A stretch of DNA of 64,000 bases. Origin: Gemmatimonadota bacterium (GTDB taxonomy: Bacteria; Gemmatimonadota; Gemmatimonadetes; Gemmatimonadales; GWC2-71-9). The stretch covers positions 90,990 through 154,989 of the forward strand of contig QHTT01000066.1 of assembly GCA_003220935.1 (NCBI GenBank), given 5' to 3'. Position 1 is the stretch's first letter, and the number at the start of each line of letters is the position of its first letter. A program made the position numbers and the translations under genes. Of the stretch, positions 58,281 through 64,000 are shown in pieces. A model generated the notes under the pieces. It was not told the origin of the DNA, made no database searches, and worked only from the letters and a program-made list of their open reading frames with translations.

Positions 58281-59107
58281 GCAGGCACCTCCGGCAGCGG
58301 TTCAGCGGCGGGTGGGGCAGGGGAGAGGGGGGGAGCGGCGCGCTCGACCCGGCGGATCAGCTCCTGCGCCACCGCCAGGTAGCTCTTCGCGCCCACCGAC
58401 TGGACGTCGTACAGCAGAATTGGCTTGCCGAAGCTCGGGGCCTCAGCGAGCCGCACGTTGCGGGGAATGGTGATGCTGAACACCTGCGAGCCGAAGTACT
58501 CCTTCGCCTCCTCGGCCACCTGCTTGCAGAGGTTCAGGCGCGCGTCGAACATCGTCAGCAACACGCCATCGATCGCGAGCGCCGGGTTGAAGTTTCGTTG
58601 CACCAGTTTCACGGTGTTGAGGAGCTGCGAGAGCCCCTCGAGCGCATAGTATTCGCACTGGATCGGGATCAGCACACTGTCCGCCGCCGTGAGCATGTTG
58701 AGCGTGATCAGGCCAAGCGACGGTGGGCAATCGATGATGACGTACTGGTACTGGTCGCGGAGGTCGAGCAGGGCGCGCCGCATCATGGTCTCGCGCGCCT
58801 GTTTGTTCACCAGCTCCAGCTCGGCGCCGACGAGATCCTGGGTGGCCGGCACGACGTCGAGATACGGGAAATGCACATGCGGGAAGCGCGCCTCCGCGAG
58901 CGGCCGGCCGTCGAGCAGCGCATCGTACAGCGAGTGCCGGATGCGGTCGCGTTCGATGCCGACGCCGCTAGTCGAATTCGCCTGCGGGTCGGCGTCGACG
59001 AGCAGCGTCTTGCGCTCGGCAGTGGCGAGCGACGCGGCGACGTTGACCGCGGTCGTGGTCTTGCCGACGCCGCCCTTCTGGTTGGCAATGGCGATGACGC
59101 GCGACAT
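58277..59107 (-). CDS. parA: Chromosome partitioning ATPase ParA (Soj)
   Basis: The deviant Walker [19 protein letters not shown] 59107 preferred; the ORF track uses GTG 59110. A Pro-rich C-terminal tail is present. Confidence 0.95.
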   Translation of the reverse strand: MSRVIAIANQKGGVGKTTTAVNVAASLATAERKTLLVDADPQANSTSGVGIERDRIRHSLYDALLDGRPLAEARFPHVHFPYLDVVPATQDLVGAELELVNKQARETMMRRALLDLRDQYQYVIIDCPPSLGLITLNMLTAADSVLIPIQCEYYALEGLSQLLNTVKLVQRNFNPALAIDGVLLTMFDARLNLCKQVAEEAKEYFGSQVFSITIPRNVRLAEAPSFGKPILLYDVQSVGAKSYLAVAQELIRRVERAAPPLSPAPPAAEPLPEVPA

Positions 59108-59197
59108 CACATAACGTATTGCGTTACAACGAGTTATGTAAGATGACGATCATGAGGGGTCAAATATACGTCGTGGTGCACGGTCGGTAAAGAGTCG

Positions 59198-59211
59198 GTT
59201 TCACGTGAAAC
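59198..59211. other. parS centromere-like site (GTTTCACGTGAAAC)
   Basis: Exact match to the 14-bp core of the conserved parS consensus tGTTTCACGTGAAACa. Confidence 0.9.
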
Positions 59212-59221
59212 TCGCGCCGGA

Positions 59222-59235
59222 GTTTCACGTGAAAC
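59222..59235. other. Second parS site (aGTTTCACGTGAAACa)
   Basis: Exact core match, 24 bp centre-to-centre from the first site. Confidence 0.9.
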
Positions 59236-59273
59236 AATCCGCCCTGCCTCGACTGCCTCACGAAATTAGGGAC

Positions 59274-61142
59274 TTACGCCACCCGCCGGCGCCAACGCGC
59301 TGTCTCGACCACCAGGTTGTGGAGATCGCTCGGCGAGACCCCTGGGATCCGCGCCGCCTGAGCGAGGGATGTGGGACGGACGCGATCCAGCTTTTGCCGC
59401 GCCTCGGTCGCGAGACTCTGCAGCTCGAGGTAGGGAAGCTCGGCCGGCAACGCGAACGAGGCAAGCTCAGCGAGCCGGCGCGCCGCGTCGCGCTCGCGGG
59501 CGAGATAGCCGTCGTACTTGAGTTCGATCTCCGCACTGGCCACGACGCCGTCGTCGCATGTCACCGTCACGCCCGCCGCCTCAAGCAGCCCCTTGAGCGG
59601 CACACCCGGCCGTCGCGCTACGCTCGCCACGCGCTCCGGCTCCGCGAGCCCAGTACCGGTGGGCCCGAGCACCGATGCGGCTTGGCTGGGCGTGATCGTC
59701 GTCGCCCGCGCCGTGTCGAGGAGCTGCTCTTCCTCTTTCAAGCGCCGCTCGGCCGCACGCAGCTCCGCCGTGGTGAGGAGCCCCAACTGCTCCGCCAGCG
59801 GCACGAGGCGTCGCAGCGCGTTGTCCTGCCGCAGCAGCAGGCGGAACTCGGACCGCGACGTAAACAACCGATACGGCTCGTCCACGCCGCGCGTGACCAG
59901 GTCGTCCACCAGCACGCCGATGTACGCTTCGTCCCGACCGAACAGCACGGGCTCGGCCCCCCGCAGCCGGCGCACCGCATTGATCCCCGCCACGACGCCT
60001 TGGCCAGCCGCCTCTTCGTAACCGGTCGTGCCGTTGATTTGGCCCGCGAAAAAGAGGCGCTCGATCGCCTTGGTCTCGAGCCACGGCGTGAGCTGAGTCG
60101 GCGGGTAGTAATCGTACTCGATCGCGTATCCGGGGCGTGTCATCGTCGCCCGCTTGAGCCCGGGCACGGCGTGCAGGAACTCGAGCTGCACGTGGACGGG
60201 CAGGGAAGTGGAGAGCCCGTTCACGTACAACTCGTACGTGTCCAGCCCCTCGGGCTCGAGGAAGACCTGATGCCGCCTGGCGTCGGGGAACTTTACGATC
60301 TTGTCCTCGACTGACGGGCAATACCGCGGCCCCCGGGAGGCGATGGCCCCGCCGTACAGCGCCGACTCCTTCAAGTGACGCCGGATGATATCCTTCACTT
60401 CCTCACCGGCCCACGTGATCCAGCACGGCACCTGGCGTGGCAGTTCGACCCGCTCGTAGAAAGAGAAGCGGTACTCCGTCCCGTCGCCGTCTTGCCGCTC
60501 CACGCTCGACCAATCGACCGTCCGCCCGTCTACTCGGGGCGGAGTACCGGTCTTGAAGCGCGCTACCGTAAGTCCAAGTGACTCAATGTGTTGGGCAACC
60601 TCGACCGCAGGCCCTTCGCCCGCGCGACCGGCCGGAATCTGCGTGTCCGTACCCACGTGGATGCGCCCGCGCAGGAACGTGCCCGCGGTAATGACCACGG
60701 CGCGCGCCGTGAATCGGCGTCCGTCCGACGTTGCGACGCCGCCCACCTGCGTTCCTTCAATAAGGACGCGGCTTACCGTGCCCTGCGTCAGCTCAAGGTT
60801 CGCAAAGCGCTCGAGCAGCTGGCGAGCGGCGCGGCGGTAGAGGGTGCGATCGCACTGCGCCCGCGGCGCCCACACCGCCGGTCCCTTCGACCGGTTGAGC
60901 ATCCGGAACTGGATCGTCGCGCGATCGGTGACGCGCCCCATGAGACCGCCGAGGGCGTCGATTTCGCGGACGACGGTGCCCTTTGCGATCCCGCCTACGG
61001 CGGGATTGCAGCTCAGCTGGCCGATCGTGTCGAGGTTGGAGGTGAGGAGCAGCGTGCGCGCCCCGAGCCGCGCCGCCATGACTGCGGCCTCGGTGCCGGC
61101 ATGACCGGCACCGACCACGATCACGTCATAGTCGCAAGACAC
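59274..61142 (-). CDS. mnmG: tRNA uridine 5-carboxymethylaminomethyl modification enzyme MnmG (GidA)
   Basis: 622 aa. Motifs are VIVVGAGHAGTEAA, SCNPAVGG and FAGQINGTTGYEEAA. GTG start. Confidence 0.96.
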   Translation of the reverse strand: MSCDYDVIVVGAGHAGTEAAVMAARLGARTLLLTSNLDTIGQLSCNPAVGGIAKGTVVREIDALGGLMGRVTDRATIQFRMLNRSKGPAVWAPRAQCDRTLYRRAARQLLERFANLELTQGTVSRVLIEGTQVGGVATSDGRRFTARAVVITAGTFLRGRIHVGTDTQIPAGRAGEGPAVEVAQHIESLGLTVARFKTGTPPRVDGRTVDWSSVERQDGDGTEYRFSFYERVELPRQVPCWITWAGEEVKDIIRRHLKESALYGGAIASRGPRYCPSVEDKIVKFPDARRHQVFLEPEGLDTYELYVNGLSTSLPVHVQLEFLHAVPGLKRATMTRPGYAIEYDYYPPTQLTPWLETKAIERLFFAGQINGTTGYEEAAGQGVVAGINAVRRLRGAEPVLFGRDEAYIGVLVDDLVTRGVDEPYRLFTSRSEFRLLLRQDNALRRLVPLAEQLGLLTTAELRAAERRLKEEEQLLDTARATTITPSQAASVLGPTGTGLAEPERVASVARRPGVPLKGLLEAAGVTVTCDDGVVASAEIELKYDGYLARERDAARRLAELASFALPAELPYLELQSLATEARQKLDRVRPTSLAQAARIPGVSPSDLHNLVVETARWRRRVA

Positions 61143-61242
61143 GGGGACAAACTACGTAAGGAGGTAGGGCAAGGGCTAGATGCGTCCGCGCGGGAAACCG
61201 TCGACGGGTTGGAGCGATTCCGCCGCTGGCTGATCCTAGGAA

Positions 61243-61270
61243 GGAGCACTCAATGGCGAGGCGGTGCTCC
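61243..61270 (-). terminator. Hairpin 2 nt after the stop of the repeat protein (GGAGCAC ... GTGCTCC)
   Basis: 7-bp perfect stem with a 14-nt loop and a weak U-tract. Confidence 0.35.
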
Positions 61271-61272
61271 GC

Positions 61273-61878
61273 TCATTGCGGAACCACACTCTCGGATCCT
61301 CCTGGGCCATTGAGATTCGTTACCGTTGACTTCCCGTCGGCGGCGACGCCCATCCCAGCACGGGTGACACCATTGCTGTCGGCGAGCGCAAGACTCGCCG
61401 CCTGACGAGCCGTGAGGCCCAACGCGGCCCGGCTTATGCCTTGGCGATCGGCGAATGCCAGCGTGATCGTCTCGTCCGGCAACAGCCCGAGCGCAGCGCG
61501 GGAGCGTCCCTTCTGGTCGATCAGCGTAAGACCCGGCGACCCGTCCCCCAGTACGATCAGCCGGAGCCGCGCATGGCCGCTCTCGTCCTGAAGCACCAAC
61601 TGCGACGCCCCGTTCGTCGCCATGCCGAACACGCCGCGCAGGCGTCCCTTGGCGTCTCGGAGCGCGAAGCTGCGGGCCTGCACCACTTCTCCCGGCGCCG
61701 GCGGTAGCCGCAGCGCCAACGTGACCACGGTCGCGGCCGCGGTCCCCAGAAGGACGGCCAGACCGATTAGCAGAAGTCGGTTTGTTCTCAGCAGCCGACC
61801 GTATGCTCGCTCCACCCGCTCGAGGCGTCGCAGCATGGCCTCAGGGATAGGCTCGTGTACTTCCTGGCTATCGCTCAT
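61273..61878 (-). CDS. Membrane-anchored hypothetical protein with five tandem 23-residue repeats
   Basis: 201 aa from ATG 61878, with a GGAGGAG SD, one TM (LLLIGLAVLLGTAAATVVTLAL), then repeats of the form .L.L.D..G..RA.LGL. Confidence 0.7.
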   Translation of the reverse strand: MSDSQEVHEPIPEAMLRRLERVERAYGRLLRTNRLLLIGLAVLLGTAAATVVTLALRLPPAPGEVVQARSFALRDAKGRLRGVFGMATNGASQLVLQDESGHARLRLIVLGDGSPGLTLIDQKGRSRAALGLLPDETITLAFADRQGISRAALGLTARQAASLALADSNGVTRAGMGVAADGKSTVTNLNGPGGSESVVPQ

Positions 61879-61910
61879 TGCTCCTCCGGCCTGGTGGGCG
61901 CTTCGAACAG

Positions 61911-62357
61911 TCACGCCCGGTGTAAGGAATTCGCTCGACGCGTCATCGCGGCAGCGCGTTCCACGCCCGTTGCCGGCCCGCCCGCGCCCTGCGGCCGCCC
62001 GGCGAGAGAGTGCCAGGCGAGCGTATCCCCTTCGCGCGTTCCGGTCATGGCGAGCGTGCCCACTGGAAGCTCGAGGGCATACGCGGCCGCCTTGTGCCAG
62101 CGGGAATAGCGGCTTGGGGCGAGGCGCTGATACAGGGCGACGACGGCGCCCCCCCCATCCACGAACGCGACGTCCACGGGGTACGACAGGCCAAACGTGT
62201 GCACGGCACGGCAGGGTGTCAGCAGCAAACCGGCCCCGACGACGAGTGGTGGACGGCCCAGCAGCCCTCGGAGCCGTAGCCACCAACGGTCCGCCACGGC
62301 GATCCGCGTCCCCAGGACGCGCCCGCGCGTGACGTTCGTAAGCCGCGCATAGCTCAT
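61911..62357 (-). CDS. DUF192 domain-containing protein
   Basis: 148 aa. WWLRLRGLLGR...GLLLTPCRAVHTFGLSYPVDVAFVD...ALELPVG follows the DUF192 pattern. ATGA overlap with tadC. Confidence 0.8.
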   Translation of the reverse strand: MSYARLTNVTRGRVLGTRIAVADRWWLRLRGLLGRPPLVVGAGLLLTPCRAVHTFGLSYPVDVAFVDGGGAVVALYQRLAPSRYSRWHKAAAYALELPVGTLAMTGTREGDTLAWHSLAGRPQGAGGPATGVERAAAMTRRANSLHRA

Positions 62358-63283
62358 CGGACAAACTCGTTCAGCGTCCGGTAGATGGTGATCAGGGCGG
62401 GCCCCAGGATCACGACGAACAACGCCGGCAGCACGAACAGCACGAGCGGAAAAATGAGCTTGATGGTCGTCTTGGCGGCGGCTTCCTCGGCCCGCTGGCG
62501 TCGCTTGGTCCGCACCGTGTCGGAGTGTACCCGGAGTGCCTGGGCGACGGACGTGCCGAAGCGATCGGTCTGAATCAGCATCGCGACGAGCGACCGCACA
62601 TCCGGGATCCCGGTGCGCTCGCCCAACCCCCGCAGCGCCTCGTCCCGTGGCACGCCTGCGCGAATCTCGAGGTTAACGGCCATGAGCTCCTCACCCGTCA
62701 GCCTGCTCAGCCGTTTGATCTCGTCGGAAACGCGCACCAGCGCCTGGTTGAGGGCCAGCCCCGCCTCGACACAGACCACCAGCAGGTCGAGCGCATCCGG
62801 CAGCGCCCGCTGGATCTCCTTCTGGCGCGCCCTGGCCCGCTTCCCCACGTAGAGTGTCGGCGCCACCCACCCCAGCACCGCGCCCCAGACTGCCACGAGC
62901 ATGGCTCCGACCACGCCCCCACCAAGCATCGGCGTCACGAGCAACCCCGCGACACCCAGCGAGGCCATGAGGCCCAGTCGAGCGCCCCAGTAGATCGCCA
63001 GGGCGTTCGGGTACCGGTATCCCGCGTGACTGAGGAGGTGGCGCGCCGCGGTCCGGTCACCTTTCGCCAAGCCTCCGCCCAGCCGCTCGACTAGAGCCCC
63101 GAGCCGTGCGGCTCGCTCCTGGCGACGGTGCCGCTCTAGTTGCGCGTCTTGCTCGCTCACCCTTTGCTCGAGCTCGGATAACCGACGGTCCACCGCGCGT
63201 GGTCGGGCGGGCACGAGCCGTCCGGCCAGGGCGACGATCAGCGCCACGGAAGTCGCAAGCACGGCAGTCGCGAAGTAAATCAC
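62354..63283 (-). CDS. tadC: Type II secretion system F-family protein (Tad pilus TadC)
   Basis: 309 aa. T2SSF domain LPDALDLLVVCVEAGLALNQAL...FGTSVAQALRVHSD plus a terminal TM. GTG start. Confidence 0.88.
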   Translation of the reverse strand: MIYFATAVLATSVALIVALAGRLVPARPRAVDRRLSELEQRVSEQDAQLERHRRQERAARLGALVERLGGGLAKGDRTAARHLLSHAGYRYPNALAIYWGARLGLMASLGVAGLLVTPMLGGGVVGAMLVAVWGAVLGWVAPTLYVGKRARARQKEIQRALPDALDLLVVCVEAGLALNQALVRVSDEIKRLSRLTGEELMAVNLEIRAGVPRDEALRGLGERTGIPDVRSLVAMLIQTDRFGTSVAQALRVHSDTVRTKRRQRAEEAAAKTTIKLIFPLVLFVLPALFVVILGPALITIYRTLNEFVR

Positions 63284-64000
63284 CCGAGGCCTCTAGATCT
63301 CGATGTGCACGATGCGGCGGATCCGCCGAGCCCACGGCGATGGGGAGCACTGCCAGGACGTAACCACTGAAGCGCCCTTGGGCCGTGTAGACCCGCACCT
63401 GACGCCGAATGGTGAAGCGGGCGCGTACTGTATGGGAGATCTTGTCGAGCACCTCGGCGAGGTTCCCGCCGACCTCCCGCTGTATCAGGATAGCGGTCAC
63501 CAGGATCCGCACGTCGACCAAATCGATCCGGTCTGCCAGTCCCAACAGGGCGTCCTCGAACGGAATGCCGAATCGCTGCTCCTCGAACACGCGGCGGAAC
63601 GCGCCGGCGACGGGCTCGGTGGCCTCGTCCGCCGCCATCTTGAGGCCGGCCGACAACGGGTGTCCTGCCCGGAGCGCCCGGCCCAGCAGGTCGATCGCCT
63701 CGGGCAGCTGCTCCTCGAAGGTTTGGATGAAGCGCGCTTTTCTGCGGCGCAGATAAAAATACGGCAAGCAGGCGCCGCCGCTCGCCGCGACGAGCGCCGC
63801 TACCCACAGCCGGAGAACCAGGAATGCGGTGAGTCCCAGCCCCCCCGCGACTGCGAGCGTCATGAGAAAGTAACTCCGCGCGCTCCAGCGCATGCCTGCC
63901 TGCGCGAGTGCATCAGCGAGATCGCGCAACTGGGGCACTCCGGCGGCGACTCGCTGGAGCCACGGCGCCTCGCCGGTCTTGACACCGCGAATCAGCGTCC
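63057..64000 (-). CDS. tadB: Type II secretion system F-family protein (TadB-like). The N-terminus lies beyond the window and the 3' end appears frame-disrupted, so it is a possible pseudogene.
   Basis: The frame is open to base 64000. T2SSF domain is LPEAIDLLGRALRAGHPLSAGL...REVGGNLAEVLDKIS. After ...VLAVLPIAVG the frame runs 227 nt into tadC as Arg/Ala-rich sequence. Another frame reads ...WARRIRRIVHIEI-stop at 63293-63295, just upstream of tadC. Confidence 0.6.
   Translation of the reverse strand, partial: TLIRGVKTGEAPWLQRVAAGVPQLRDLADALAQAGMRWSARSYFLMTLAVAGGLGLTAFLVLRLWVAALVAASGGACLPYFYLRRRKARFIQTFEEQLPEAIDLLGRALRAGHPLSAGLKMAADEATEPVAGAFRRVFEEQRFGIPFEDALLGLADRIDLVDVRILVTAILIQREVGGNLAEVLDKISHTVRARFTIRRQVRVYTAQGRFSGYVLAVLPIAVGSADPPHRAHRDLEASGDLLRDCRACDFRGADRRPGRTARARPTTRGGPSVIRARAKGERARRATRAAPSPGASRTARGSSRAAGRRLGER

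Noticed and set aside
61158-61233. A strong plus-strand AAGGAGG followed by a 17-codon ATG ORF (61180-61233), and a second GGAAGGAG plus ATG (61253) ORF of about 50 codons antisense to the repeat-protein gene
   Set aside because: The ORFs are too short and the SD spacing is poor (15 nt) for the first. The second is entirely antisense to a better-supported CDS. No conservation evidence is available.
63287-63324. A dense cluster of 6-cutter restriction sites (AGGCCT, TCTAGA, AGATCT, GTGCAC, GGATCC) resembling a polylinker or engineering scar at the tadB/tadC junction
   Set aside because: The bases are fully explained by codons for ...RIRRIVHIEI-stop and the tadC ribosome-binding region. There is no vector-like flanking sequence. 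This is most likely coincidence.

Overview
This is a very GC-rich, densely packed bacterial chromosomal window. The gene content suggests a Gemmatimonadota-like soil bacterium, by inference only: a CBM9/DUF5916 envelope protein, a fused E1 alpha/beta dehydrogenase, a fused membrane spermidine-synthase-like protein, ECF-sigma partners with AMPK-CBM/E-set domains, and Tad pilus genes. I call about 60 CDSs, many joined by overlapping stop/start codons. I found no rRNA, tRNA, CRISPR array, transposase or integrase. Recognisable landmarks are lon, rsgA, queG, glpD and a thiolase plus FadJ-like beta-oxidation pair. Further landmarks are mnmG followed by two perfect parS sites and a parA-parB-M23 peptidase-bactofilin operon, and the distal end of a tad locus (tadB, tadC, DUF192). 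Most long ORFs on the opposite strand of these genes are Arg/Ala/Gly-rich shadow ORFs and were rejected. The observations most worth a second look are:
- A six-gene, translationally coupled operon of unknown collective function (37912-44445): PLP enzyme, LOG, deoxyhypusine-synthase-like, MFS, ATP-grasp, and a four-zinc-ribbon metallopeptidase.
- A perfect 30-bp AT-rich palindrome over the start codon of a TrmB-like regulator.
- An ECF sigma operon with two paralogous E-set/CBM48-like sensor domains.
- parS-parAB fused in one operon with an M23 peptidase and a bactofilin.
- A sigma-54-type promoter and an orphan terminator or structured RNA candidate upstream of lon.
- A TsdA-like lipoprotein cytochrome paired with a Tat-exported DsrE-like protein.
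- An apparently disrupted tadB 3' end.
- Compact back-to-back promoters that suggest leaderless mRNAs.
All functional calls rest on motif recognition by eye; no searches were run.
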